Shown here in pieces: positions 1 to 9,900 of a stretch of DNA of 21,881 nucleotides. The stretch is taken from positions 1-21,881 of the IMG/VR virus record IMGVR_UViG_2671180357_000006, one strand, 5' to 3'. The DNA comes from a virus (taxonomy: Duplodnaviria > Heunggongvirae > Uroviricota > Caudoviricetes). Both the position numbers and the translations under genes were made by a program. Position 1 is the first letter of the stretch, and every line of letters starts with the position of its first letter. Below the pieces are notes generated by a model. It had not been told where the DNA came from, did no database searches, and saw only the letters and a program-made list of their open reading frames with translations.

Positions 1-121
1 TAAGTTGGAGTCATTACCCTAAATCCCCCGCATAGCATCAGGCGGTTATGAGCGATAAGCAGAAGTTCTCAATGGCTTCCGCTGTTAATGGTGTATCCTA
101 ATTAGCGGGAGCGGGTCATGG

Positions 122-535
122 TTAGTCTGCATAGCTTTTCAGAAAATCTTCTTCAGAAAGAGCTAGGTCATTTTTTATTAAAAATTCCAATAAATTATAC
201 TGAGCTTCTATTCGGTGTTGGCGGAGCGCGCCCATTTTCTGATTAAGAAGTATGTTTTTTATCAACTCTCTAGTGACTACATGCCGAGGGTGCTTTTTTA
301 AGTCAGCGATCCATTTTGGCATTTTATCATTAATTTCCTGCTGTCTTTTTTTTGGCAGCGAATCTATCCCGCCTCCAGCGCCTGGGAACATTACTCTTTT
401 AGAGTGTTCGAGTTCCTCAAATACGTTAGTTAATTTTGTTAATGCATTACCAAGTGCGATTTGAGAGAAAATACCAAAGACCATGTTTTCTTCCTCATGT
501 GGAAACTGTTCGGTCAAGGAGAGCTGATTAATCAT
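122..535 (-). CDS. hypothetical protein (137 aa), no recognisable motif
   Basis: ORF from the six-frame track in an AT-rich segment; ordinary amino-acid composition; the overlapping plus-strand ORF 252..464 looks like antisense noise. Function unknown. Confidence 0.45.
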   Translation of the reverse strand: MINQLSLTEQFPHEEENMVFGIFSQIALGNALTKLTNVFEELEHSKRVMFPGAGGGIDSLPKKRQQEINDKMPKWIADLKKHPRHVVTRELIKNILLNQKMGALRQHRIEAQYNLLEFLIKNDLALSEEDFLKSYAD

Positions 536-744
536 ATGCTAATTTTAGATTGCTATTGATATCAAAGAGTATTCTTAGCAAGGTAAGCGAGCATAATTGA
601 GAGCTTGTTAAATCATATTATTCAATTATAGCTTATTAAGAACATAGGCTGAATGTACCGACCTCGCTACTTAACGCTGTGCAGGCTTATCAACGTCCGT
701 TTCTGGCACATAGCAGTCCTAGAGACTGAATCGCCACGGATAAT

Positions 745-942
745 CTAGACACTTCCGAGCCGTTGATAATACTGGTTTTCATATTCTGTCGGTGACATCT
801 GTTCGCTAGAACCATGCCGACGCTTACTGTTATAAAACATTTCGATGTAATCAAAAATATCACTGCGGGCTTCTTCCCGCGTTCCGTAGATCTTTTTCTT
901 TATCCGTTCGCGTTTCAACCAGCAAACAGTAGATGAAAACTA
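745..942 (-). pseudogene. IS3-family transposase (OrfB / rve integrase core) C-terminal fragment, about 65 codons, no upstream remainder
   Basis: Hand translation of the minus strand gives FSSTVCWLKRERIKKKIYGTREEARSDIFDYIEMFYNSKRRHGSSEQMSPTEYENQYYQRLGSV bounded by stops at 940-942 and 745-747. The YIE-FYN-KRRH-SP-YE pattern matches the conserved C-terminal tail of IS3-family transposases. Not in the ORF track because it is short. Confidence 0.5.
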
Positions 943-1050
943 CAGATATACCTGTAGCCACTGCCATCAGATAGAGTTTGATCATGTGTTTTCCTATGTG
1001 GCTATTGTGTGTAGATGATAAGTAGGTGCTTATATATTTTCAAGGTATAA

Positions 1051-1070
1051 AGGCGTCCATTCGGACGCCT
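1051..1070 (-). terminator. hairpin immediately 3' of the RecA-like gene; weak candidate terminator
   Basis: Perfect 8-bp stem AGGCGTCC / GGACGCCT with a 4-nt loop, 5 bp after the stop codon. On the minus strand it is followed only by TTTATACC, a weak U-tract. Confidence 0.35.
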
Positions 1071-1075
1071 GAAAA

Positions 1076-3415
1076 TTAATCTTCTAATTCATCTGTCGGT
1101 GATGTCTTCTCGCGCCTGTCATCTATTGCCTGTAACGCAGCAATGATTTCAGCTAATGGCTTCTCCCGGTACATCTCGACGATCTGTGATTTGGTGTATT
1201 TCTTCTCGCCAATTTCCACACGCCCGCTGGCGCTCTTGGGCAGGTATCCTTCCTCCAGCATGTATTCGACCAGAGACTCGACGACGTCCAGCCCGCGAGT
1301 CGGGTCGAAGTAGAATTTCCATGAGCATTTGCCAAACGGAGGCGCGACTTTGTTTTTAATGCACTCGGCGCCAACGTCCTGTCCGATCTTCTCTTTGCCA
1401 TCCTTCATGACGGATGCACCCAGACGGATGCGCACCGACGCGTAGAACTTCGGAGAGTCGCCACCCGGAGACGTAGTCGGATCGCCAAACATCACACCAA
1501 TTTTGGTACGCACCTGGTTCAAGAAGATGATGCACGCGTTGTACTTACGCGCCCAAAGCGCCAGAGTAGGGAAGTTCGCACTTGTCGCGCGCGCCAGCGC
1601 CGTGTTGTCGTTCATGTTCAGCTGATCTTTGTCCTTCGCAGTGCCTTCTGCCATCTTGTCGAACTTCTCAGCCTTCGAGTTCGGAACCATCGACGCCAGA
1701 GAGTCGGCTACGATGCAGATAGGGGCTGTTTCCGGAATAAGCTCTTCGTCGCGCACCAGCTTGAGGATTGTGCCGATCAGCTCTACGGAGTCTTCGAAGG
1801 TATCCGGCTGTTTGTAGACCCACTGACCGTCGTCTTCGTCGGCGTTCAGTCCGTTCGCTACCGCCAGACCAACGTCGAAACTGTTTTCGTGGTCAAGGAA
1901 TACGGCCAGACCATCCTGTTTTTGTGCTGACACCATCGCAGCCGTCGCGAGGAATGTGTTGTGGCTGATAATCCCGTTAGACCAGAAAGAGTGTGTTTCC
2001 GGCATCGCTACGTCGAACGTTGGTGCTTCACCTTCCTCAATAGCCACGACTTCGTCGTAGAACAAGTTAGAGTCAATTACCGCTGCCAGTTGTGCAAACA
2101 GATGCTCGTTAAAACGATTCTTTCTGCCAATGAAGGAGACATAGATTTCTCGCAGTTTGTCTATTCCGACACGATCGCCGCGGCCAATAACGTGATCTAC
2201 CAGAACGTAGTCTTTACGAGAGGTCTTGGTGAGTGACTCGTAGAGTGATTTCACTAAGCCGCTGATGTGCGGAACGTAGCCTAAATAAGTGCGGTCAAAA
2301 CTAATGTCCCGTTTGGTTGCCACTGCTAAACGAGCCGGAGACTCGAACCCAATCGTTGACAGGAAAAGGTCGTAGTTAGAGCCACTGAATGACAGCCGGT
2401 AATATATGTTTTTATAACCTGCGACGTGTTTTTCAGAGATAGTTGACGTAATCCCCAGATTCAGGAGCATGAGGCGAATTTGCTGTAGCAGCAGCCCACT
2501 CGCGCTCACAACCTCAATGCAGCGACCATCATTGACGTGGCATTCCAGCTCAAAGTAGCCGCGAAGGAATGCAATTTGAGCCTCGCTATTGGCGCGACGC
2601 ACACTCAACGGAACCTGCTTGCCAGCAGCTTTCTCATACTCCAGACCATATTCTTTAAAAAGCAGCGAACGCACCTCTTTGCTAAACAGCACATGGTCTT
2701 CCGAGCCGTTATGTTTTCTCGTAACTGGCATCTTGTCTGATACCAGCGAAATGAGGCGGTAGTACTCATCCTTGATGAATGGATCTGTGTTAGAAACATG
2801 CACAGAATTTTCAGAGGCCACGTATCCGTCAGCAATTAAATAGCCCATCAGTTTTGCGATATTGGCATCCAAGTGCTGATCGCCGAATTGATGTGTGCCA
2901 ACCATTGAAGGAATAGTGTCGCCTACACTGATTTTTTCAGCATACCGCCAGACGATATTGCCTAAGTCGTCAACCACACGAATTGGGTGACGGAACGTAG
3001 CCTCGATGTAACCCCCTGATGCCAGCTTAATGCGCTTGAATTTGCGACGGTTGTTCCATGTCAGGTGTGAGGTCTTCTCTATCACGCCATTTTCATTGAT
3101 GAGTCCAACGTTATGCTCTACATCGCGAGTAGTGCATGTTGCTTTGTGCCCCTCAATCTCAAACAGTTCTTTCACTGTTACCATTCCACGCTCCGTCAGC
3201 AGCATGGTGTCTGCGGTAACACATTTCCCCGCGCTTGGTGGCCCGAAGACTTCAACGATACGCCCACATGGAAAACCACCGTCGTAACGTCCGGAAATGG
3301 CTTTGTTCAGTGGAGGGAAACCGGAGTCAATCCAGTGGGAGACCTTCTGAATCTCGTCATTGCTGCCGATTTTCTTTTTCAGCGCCAGTGCCAGTGCGGA
3401 TTTGCCTTTTGCCAT
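1076..3415 (-). CDS. RecA-family recombinase interrupted by an intein (779-aa precursor; exteins total 357 aa)
   Basis: N-extein ends GRIVEVFGPPSAGK and the C-extein starts TFLATAAMV, which rejoin to a Walker A motif GPPSAGKT. The C-extein carries FLNQVRTKIGVMFGDPTTSPGGDSPKFYASVRIRLG, closely matching the bacterial RecA core [36 protein letters not shown]. AGGAG RBS 7 nt upstream of the ATG. Confidence 0.9.
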   Translation of the reverse strand: MAKGKSALALALKKKIGSNDEIQKVSHWIDSGFPPLNKAISGRYDGGFPCGRIVEVFGPPSAGKCVTADTMLLTERGMVTVKELFEIEGHKATCTTRDVEHNVGLINENGVIEKTSHLTWNNRRKFKRIKLASGGYIEATFRHPIRVVDDLGNIVWRYAEKISVGDTIPSMVGTHQFGDQHLDANIAKLMGYLIADGYVASENSVHVSNTDPFIKDEYYRLISLVSDKMPVTRKHNGSEDHVLFSKEVRSLLFKEYGLEYEKAAGKQVPLSVRRANSEAQIAFLRGYFELECHVNDGRCIEVVSASGLLLQQIRLMLLNLGITSTISEKHVAGYKNIYYRLSFSGSNYDLFLSTIGFESPARLAVATKRDISFDRTYLGYVPHISGLVKSLYESLTKTSRKDYVLVDHVIGRGDRVGIDKLREIYVSFIGRKNRFNEHLFAQLAAVIDSNLFYDEVVAIEEGEAPTFDVAMPETHSFWSNGIISHNTFLATAAMVSAQKQDGLAVFLDHENSFDVGLAVANGLNADEDDGQWVYKQPDTFEDSVELIGTILKLVRDEELIPETAPICIVADSLASMVPNSKAEKFDKMAEGTAKDKDQLNMNDNTALARATSANFPTLALWARKYNACIIFLNQVRTKIGVMFGDPTTSPGGDSPKFYASVRIRLGASVMKDGKEKIGQDVGAECIKNKVAPPFGKCSWKFYFDPTRGLDVVESLVEYMLEEGYLPKSASGRVEIGEKKYTKSQIVEMYREKPLAEIIAALQAIDDRREKTSPTDELED
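1958..3223 (-). other. intein (422 aa) with LAGLIDADG homing-endonuclease domain, inserted in the RecA P-loop between K and T of GPPSAGK/T
   Basis: Starts with Cys (CVTADTMLL) and ends SHN, followed by Thr as the +1 extein residue. Two LAGLIDADG-type motifs inside (LMGYLIADGYV and FLRGYFELECHV). Removing it restores a canonical RecA P-loop. Confidence 0.8.
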
Positions 3416-3417
3416 GA

Positions 3418-3690
3418 TTAGGCTCCTTTTGATTCGTTGATTCGCTTCGAAGCAGCGGCTTCGTCAAACTTGATTGCGTCGTGGTTCAGGTGTTTGGCGA
3501 CGCGAGCGATGATCTTCACGACCTGCTCACTGACCAGCGCGAACTCACGCTCAGTAGCAGAAATGCCAGCAGCGCCCAGAATGTTCGGCAGCGCTACCAC
3601 AGCGTGCTCGCCGTGGCAGAAAACAATCTCCTTTGCCAGCATGGTTGGCGTAGTTGCCCCGCCATTAATGATGGATTTCAGCATCAGCAA
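3418..3690 (-). CDS. hypothetical small protein (90 aa)
   Basis: ORF in operon context; its start overlaps the stop of the upstream FEN gene by 7 bp and its stop lies 3 bp before the RecA-like start. No recognisable motif. Confidence 0.5.
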   Translation of the reverse strand: MLMLKSIINGGATTPTMLAKEIVFCHGEHAVVALPNILGAAGISATEREFALVSEQVVKIIARVAKHLNHDAIKFDEAAASKRINESKGA

Positions 3691-4628
3691 TACCTCTCAA
3701 ACGGCAGAACAAACACTTCCAGATCTTCCAGAAACGAACGGAAATTCAGCTCGTAACACATCTGTTCAAAGGCGCTCATATCGCGTGCGCCTTTAATCGA
3801 CTCGATTTCGCTGGGTGGGAATTTTGTGTCGATAAGGTTCATCAGCATCATGTTGCGCTTAAAGGCTTCGAGCATCCGGCAGCCCGTCTTCTCGTTGAAG
3901 GCGTTCTTTGCCAGCTTGTTGAATGCCGTCTTATAGCGACCTTTGTTGATGACAATGGAACCGTCGTTAATGCCGCGTACCATTGCGGCCACGCTTCCCC
4001 ATTCATGAAGCAGCTCTTTCGCGCCACCATCACCAATGCCACCTACGCCTTTGATGTTGTCCGAGTTATCGCCCTGCAATGCTTTCGCTTCCAGAAACGC
4101 GCGTGGGGTCGGCAGACCGGTCAGCTCTGCGAACTGTTCGAAGTTCACCTGCTTGTGCTTGGCGTCTTCACGCAGGCTTATCCAGCTCACGTTCTCACGA
4201 ACAAGCTGGAGCCAGTCGCCATCGCCCGTTAGCAGATAGATATGGTCAACAGTCGGCTGCGGAGCCAGACGAGAGACCAGCATTCCAGCCAGGTCATCCG
4301 CTTCTGCGTCCTTTGCAATGAGTTGGTTAACGCCCAGCGCGGTCATCATTTTCAAGATGTACGGCTTCTGGATGGCAAAGCCTTCTTTCATCTTCTTCAT
4401 GTCCGGGTCGTCGTCGCGGTTCGCTTTGTACTCCGGGTAGAAGTCGCGACGTTTGTCGCTGAATCCATCCCACAAGATCATTGGCCGGGCATGGAGAATT
4501 GAGGCGTAACGACGAACGTTCTTCACGAAGCCAAAAGCCGCCTGAACTTCCATCTCGCCGTTGTGTAATTTGTCGGATTGCTGGTGGTAATAGCCCAGGC
4601 TGTTACCGTCCACAAAGAGATAATTCAC
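3684..4628 (-). CDS. 5'-3' exonuclease / flap endonuclease (FEN family, Xni / T5 D15-like)
   Basis: Motifs YLFVDGNSLGYY (N-terminal nuclease motif), LLTGDGDWLQLV and ALQGDNSDNIKGVGGIG (helix-hairpin-helix region). Start reassigned to the GTG at 4626-4628, which has an AAGGAG RBS 7 nt upstream; the track's ATG at 4679 would place a terminator hairpin inside the coding sequence. Confidence 0.8.
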   Translation of the reverse strand: MNYLFVDGNSLGYYHQQSDKLHNGEMEVQAAFGFVKNVRRYASILHARPMILWDGFSDKRRDFYPEYKANRDDDPDMKKMKEGFAIQKPYILKMMTALGVNQLIAKDAEADDLAGMLVSRLAPQPTVDHIYLLTGDGDWLQLVRENVSWISLREDAKHKQVNFEQFAELTGLPTPRAFLEAKALQGDNSDNIKGVGGIGDGGAKELLHEWGSVAAMVRGINDGSIVINKGRYKTAFNKLAKNAFNEKTGCRMLEAFKRNMMLMNLIDTKFPPSEIESIKGARDMSAFEQMCYELNFRSFLEDLEVFVLPFERYC

Positions 4629-4643
4629 CGGTACACTCCTTCC

Positions 4644-4672
4644 AAAAAGTAAGGCGTCCGCAGACGCCTTAC
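4644..4672 (-). terminator. rho-independent terminator downstream of the SSB-like gene
   Basis: Perfect 10-bp stem GTAAGGCGTC / GACGCCTTAC with a 4-nt loop, followed on the minus strand by TTTTT; 17 bp after the stop at 4689. Confidence 0.65.
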
Positions 4673-4688
4673 TGGTCACGTTATGGGA

Positions 4689-5705
4689 TTACAGAGCGTC
4701 CAGTTCAGCCAGCAGGTTATCGAGACCTTCATCAGCTGGTACAGATGCAGCGGCAGCAGATGCTGAAGCACTTGCGGCTTCGGTGGCTTCCGGAGCTTTC
4801 GCTTCTTCCGGTTTGAACTCAGCTTCAGCGGCACGCAGGATCTCTTCATCAACCAGGCTGGTGGACTCTGGCGCCGGAGTATGTGCTGTAGCGACAGCAG
4901 CTGCGCCTTCCGTATGACCAGTGATAGAGCCAAAGCCTGGCAGTCCAGCTGCGGCTGATTTTGCAGCGGAAGAAATGGCTGGTGAGGACATAGTTGCTGC
5001 CGGAGCCGCAATACCAATCAGACGACCCATAGTGCGAGCCGTGGACAGCAAACGAGTTTCGTCAGCCTGGTTCGCATATGCGATCAGATCGTGTTGGGTA
5101 GTCCAGAGCTTCTCAGGAATGTCGCCTTTGTAGACTTTACGTTTCGGGGATACGTCGTACTTGGTGTCACGACCGGAACCGGTGCGTTTAATCAGGAACG
5201 CATAGCCTTCTTCTTTGCTCAGTGGGTTGCCAATATCGTCCGCAATATCTTCGGACATCACTTTGCAGATATCGTCGAAGACCGTAGACGGCAGCTCAAT
5301 CAGCTGGCATTTCTCTGCGTCCGCAAAGTCTTCACGCGCAGACAGAACACCGTTGACCAGATAACGCGGCGTAGCACGCATACTATTAATGCGCTCTTCC
5401 ATCGCTTTGTTGCCCTTAAAGCGAGCGCGACCTTCCATAACCATCTCACACAGCTGGCAAGCGTGGCCGTGGGTGTGTTGTTCGCAGATATAGGCGGTGG
5501 TTACATCTTTGCCTTCCTCATTCTGATGCTTAACGTAGTGCATACCGAAAGTCTGGAAGAACACGCCATTCGGATCGTCCTTGTTCGGAAAAATGCGCAG
5601 ATAGTTATTGCCATCTTTCAGACGGGTCAAATCAATGTTATTGCCACGTTTGGAAGCAATATCGCCACGGGTCTTGTTAAGCAGATCAAGTAATGACTTA
5701 GACAT
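4689..5705 (-). CDS. ssDNA-binding protein, T4 gp32-like (338 aa)
   Basis: Segment YLRIFPNKDDPNGVFFQTFGMHYVKH resembles gp32 [26 protein letters not shown]; a His/Cys cluster (CEQHTHGHACQLC) as in the gp32 zinc site; Ala/Ser-rich linker and acidic C-terminal tail DNLLAELDAL. AAGGAG RBS upstream. Confidence 0.65.
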   Translation of the reverse strand: MSKSLLDLLNKTRGDIASKRGNNIDLTRLKDGNNYLRIFPNKDDPNGVFFQTFGMHYVKHQNEEGKDVTTAYICEQHTHGHACQLCEMVMEGRARFKGNKAMEERINSMRATPRYLVNGVLSAREDFADAEKCQLIELPSTVFDDICKVMSEDIADDIGNPLSKEEGYAFLIKRTGSGRDTKYDVSPKRKVYKGDIPEKLWTTQHDLIAYANQADETRLLSTARTMGRLIGIAAPAATMSSPAISSAAKSAAAGLPGFGSITGHTEGAAAVATAHTPAPESTSLVDEEILRAAEAEFKPEEAKAPEATEAASASASAAAASVPADEGLDNLLAELDAL

Positions 5706-5824
5706 GTATTTCTCCTTGTTGTGATTGTGGCCATTGGCGCTATGCGCATTGGGCGTTCGTTTGTTCGTGGCTCTTTCGAGCGAGAAGAATGATAGATCAG
5801 TACTTACTTACTATATAGCATAAA

Positions 5825-6298
5825 TTAACGGGGTAAATGGAATCGTTCGGCCCCCAGACGCTCTATCTCTACGATAGCCATCTTCGACGCCTGGACAATC
5901 ATATCGCGGCGGTGGGAGAAGGCGGCTACAGCGTGCTTGTACAGGTCTGCAATGTGTCGAGCATCGTCGAGTTTCTGGCGCTTTGCGAGGTATTGCGGGT
6001 TGGTTCTAACCTTCGCTTCCAGTACGGATTCATTAAACTTAATTCCATTCATACTCAAGCTCTTACGCTCGTTGTCATAGATTTTTGCCTCGATCGCGTC
6101 GAGAGAGAGTTTTGCATCTGCAACCTCACGTTCTGCCCGTGCCAGCTTAGAGCCATACTCCATCAACAGACGCGGTTGCTGACGCCAGACTTCCTCCAGA
6201 TTGTCGCGGTCGAACTCCAGATCGGACATGATTTTTTCGTAGATATCGGTGCTCATAATGTTATCTATATACTTATTTTCGCATATCAATTTTATCAT
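5825..6298 (-). CDS. hypothetical protein, charged and probably coiled-coil (157 aa; may start at the internal Met at 6256)
   Basis: K/E/R/D-rich composition typical of a real protein, whereas the fully overlapping plus-strand ORF 5837..6346 is Cys-rich and low-complexity. No clear Shine-Dalgarno at either candidate start. Confidence 0.45.
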   Translation of the reverse strand: MIKLICENKYIDNIMSTDIYEKIMSDLEFDRDNLEEVWRQQPRLLMEYGSKLARAEREVADAKLSLDAIEAKIYDNERKSLSMNGIKFNESVLEAKVRTNPQYLAKRQKLDDARHIADLYKHAVAAFSHRRDMIVQASKMAIVEIERLGAERFHLPR

Positions 6299-6365
6299 GT
6301 TGGAATCAGGCGGTGGAGCTGGCTTGCTGAAGAACTTGAGGGCTGACGTAGATAAGCTGATGTAA

Positions 6366-6926
6366 ATGGGGATAATTCTGATAACCTGTAGTCAGTACTG
6401 CGTAGTCGCAGATGCTCTGTATAGCCACGGTTGCGATGATGCGCTCATTTGCTACTACGGAAACTCAGTGTATGTAGAATTTGACCGAGAAGCTAAATCT
6501 TTAGATGAAGCAATCGAATCGGCAATCCTTGATATTGAAACAGCAGGCATTGGCGCAGTGGTGGAATCGGTAGATTCAGCACTGGTAGGCTTGAGCGATA
6601 TTGCTCAACTCTCTGGCTTAACGCGCCAGGCTATTACTCTGCTTAAAGACGGATTACGTGGCAAAGGTGATTTTCCTTGCCCTGTTCAGCGTATCAGCGG
6701 TCAGTCTCCACTCTGGGACTGGGCGGAAGTCGCTAAATGGTTGAACGACTGCGGTCGTCTTGACAGCAAAGACGAAAAAGCACGGGAAGAACTGGTGCGT
6801 AACGCGCGCACATTGAGTACGTGGAATCTTGCCCTGCGTATAAGATCGTTGGGCGACATTCATGAGGTGGAGAGAGTTACTCGCTCACTCAGTCACTCGC
6901 AAGACTGCGAAAAAATTTGCGCATAA
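6366..6926 (+). CDS. putative HTH DNA-binding protein, possibly HicB-like antitoxin fold (186 aa)
   Basis: The only plus-strand gene inside the minus-strand module. Central segment GLSDIAQLSGLTRQAITLLKDG looks like a helix-turn-helix; the N-terminal part loosely resembles HicB-type antitoxins. Ends at a strong bidirectional terminator. Confidence 0.5.
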   Translation: MGIILITCSQYCVVADALYSHGCDDALICYYGNSVYVEFDREAKSLDEAIESAILDIETAGIGAVVESVDSALVGLSDIAQLSGLTRQAITLLKDGLRGKGDFPCPVQRISGQSPLWDWAEVAKWLNDCGRLDSKDEKAREELVRNARTLSTWNLALRIRSLGDIHEVERVTRSLSHSQDCEKICA

Positions 6927-6953
6927 AACCCGCCAAATGGCGGGTTTTTCTTT
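6925..6953. terminator. bidirectional rho-independent terminator between convergent genes
   Basis: AAAA-CCCGCC-AAAT-GGCGGG-TTTTTCTTT: 6-bp GC stem with an A-run on one side and a T-run on the other, lying between the plus-gene stop (6926) and the DnaE stop (6955). Confidence 0.8.
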
Positions 6954-6954
6954 A

Positions 6955-9900
6955 TTACTTATTTATCGTCTCCGCAATATCAGTCAGAATGGCCTCCAGT
7001 CGCTCTCCTTCTTCCGGTCGGAAGTAAAGGATATTCGGGTTAAATCCGTAGAAAACGGTCGCATCCAGCTCCGGCAGATACTCTTTGCGTCCAACCAGGT
7101 CGGATGGTTTGCTCTTGTTGTTGAAGAGCGACGTCGCCCGGCTGCCACACGTCAGCACATAGGTCGGACGCACCAGATTTATCTCTTCACGCATAAAGTC
7201 GGTGAACTGGCCGATCTCGTCTTTGGTGTAGTCCTTCTCTTTGTCCTTCACCTTTTTGCACACGCCTGTGACGTAGAGATCGCCCATGCGCAGATCGCCT
7301 GCAGTAAGCAACTTCGCCTTAAAGTCGTCGTAGCCGTTCTCCATGAAGTAGCCGGTACGCCCATCATTGCCGTTCGCGTTGTCCAGAATGACCATGATTT
7401 TCGGCTTAATGCCAATGCTTGGGCGGATCAGGTCGTCTCCCAGACCCATTTCGGCCGCCATGCGAGTCATCAGTACATTCACCTCGGCAGAGCGCTTAGG
7501 GTTCATCTCGAACGGTCGAGAGGCTTTTACAGCGTCGATCACCAGATTGCCCATCAACTCTGCCTGGTCGCGCAGTCGTTCCGGATCTGTCGCTGGCAGA
7601 CTGCCAGACTCAATCGATGCGAACGCACCGACTTTTTGCAGCGACTCGCGTACCCGGCTGTTACATGCACGCTTCTCGACCGCTTCCTCAAATTGCGCCA
7701 GTGATTCGAATTTGCCGCCAACTTTCTCACGCGCTCTCATGATGGCCTGGCAACCATTCTCAGAGCAGCCTTTCACAGCAGAGAATGGTGCATACAGAAC
7801 CTGACTGCCGTCTTCCAGCGTGCGGATCTCAATTCGGTTAGATGACACGTTAACGTCTGGTGGCAATACGCGAATGCCATAGGTCAGCGCATCTTTAACC
7901 AGCCCCTGGTGCTTATCCTCGCCCAGAATGGTGAGCGCAGCAGCGAAGAACTCAGCAGGGTAATGTGTCTTTAACCACATAGACTGATAGCTGATTAAAG
8001 AATAAGCAACACTGTGTGATTTGTTGAAGGCATATCCACCGAACTTCTCAAAGGCGTCCCATATTTCTTGGGCTTTTTTCTTACTGAGACCTTCTTGTTC
8101 AGAGACGATCTCCACGTAGTCTATGCCGTCACTAATAGCCTCGCTGTAGCTTCTACGCTTACCGTCTGAGCAATCCAGTTTTGCGTGTTTGTGAACCTCT
8201 ACAGTACCTCCATTTTTGAGTGACAGTGTCACCCAGCCTGCTTGTGCTCGTTCTACAAAATCGCTGCCGATCGCTTTCATCTTATCCATGTTCTTTTTAC
8301 CGATAGCGGAACGCAGAGCGTCTGCTTCGGCCATAGAGAACCCGGCAAGTACTCGGGAACTTTGCATGATTTGTTCCTGATAGAGCAAAACACCATTAGT
8401 CTCCCGGGTGACTTCCTCAAGACGCGGATGAATTGAATGTGGAGCCATGAAGCCTTTGGCCACGGAGACATAGTCGTCCAACATGCCGGATTGGATCGGG
8501 CCAGGTCGGAAGAGTGCGGTCGTGGCGACAACGGTTTTGAAGCTCATTGGCTCAATGCCACCGCCCAGATCTTTAAGCAGCTTGCGCATGGGGCCGGACT
8601 CCAGCTGGAATACGCCCTGCGTGTACCCTGCAGCGAACCCATCCAGAACCTTACGATCGTCCAGTGGAATAGCATCGAGATTGATGTCTTCCCCGGTACT
8701 CTCTTTGATGTAGCGTTTCGCGCTATCCAGCAGATCGAGCGTTGCCAGACCGAGAACGTCCAGCTTAATCAGCCCCATCGCCTCGCAGTAACGTTTATCG
8801 AACGCAATACAGCGAGCGTTGCCACGCAGCTCGACGGGCGTGCGCTCTACCAGTGGAACGCCAGCGACGATCATCCCCGCAGCGTGACGACCAAAACCAC
8901 GCATCAGGCTTTGCAGCTTACACGCCGCTTTGAACGCTTCCGGGTTTTTCGTGGCGTATTTGTCCAGGCTGGCCAGTTGCTCGCGCAGCTCTTCCAGAGA
9001 CAGGCTATCGTCTTCCAGATTCTTGAACTCTTTGGATACCGCCATATCCGCAGCGTCGACACCGTAAATACGCGCAGTGTCTCGCAGCGCAGAAGCGGCG
9101 CCCAGATAGGTGAAGTTTGGAATACCGGCAACGTAATCTTCGCCATAGCGTTCATTCAGATACTCGATCACCTCATGACGACGTGCCTGGCTGAAGTCCA
9201 GATCCGCATCCGGTAAGTCAAGACGTTCAGGGTTGATGAAACGCTCAAACAGAAGACCGTGACGGATAGGATCGACGTTGGTTATGCCTATGCACCACGC
9301 CACCAGAGAACCGGCAGAGGAACCACGACCTGGCCCAACCGGTATTCCTGTTTCACGGCAGTGATTCATCAGATCGCGTACCATCAGGAAGTAGCCACAG
9401 AAGCCCAGACGGGTCAGTGTGTCCATTTCGTACTTCAGTCGCTCAACATACACTCGGTGCTCAGAAGCCGGTGGTGTGTAGCCAAACTCTTTAGTAGTTA
9501 GACGCTTGCGTAGCCCCGCGACAGCCAGCTTCATCAGCGTTGCAGGCTCGTCGTCTGCCATCTTGGGCAGTGCTGGTGGCAGTTCATGCCAGCGCCATGT
9601 GCAGGCTTCAATAATGGTGTCCTGCGTTGTTGAGACCATTGCAGCTGTTACCGGTACGCCCATGCGAACGGAGAAGGCTTTCAGCGCTTCAAGGAGATGG
9701 CGACGACCATTAACAGCGTTATCTCGCTGGTGGGGGATGCGCAGACGATGCGGCTGGTCGATTTTGATGTTGTTCGTAACCATGTGCGCAATGTCTTTAA
9801 TGTCAGCGTCGTCGATCGCTTCGTAATAAGCGGGATAGAACGCCACTGGCTCTATTTTCAGTGCGCTCGCCACTTTCATCGCCCGGACGTTAATCTGGTC

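Noticed and set aside
2339-2350. 10-bp match (GACTCGAACC) to the tRNA T-arm region inside the intein, as a possible att duplicate
   Set aside because: Too short, located inside a coding region, and does not extend to the tRNA 3' end; most likely chance.
4629-4679. N-terminal 17-codon extension of the FEN gene to the ATG at 4679
   Set aside because: It would put the terminator hairpin of the upstream gene inside the coding sequence and leave the conserved nuclease N-terminus 17 residues from the start; the GTG at 4628 with an AAGGAG RBS is the better start.
5837-6346. 169-aa plus-strand ORF
   Set aside because: Completely overlaps the minus-strand 157-aa gene, which fits the operon direction; the plus-frame product is Cys-rich and low-complexity.
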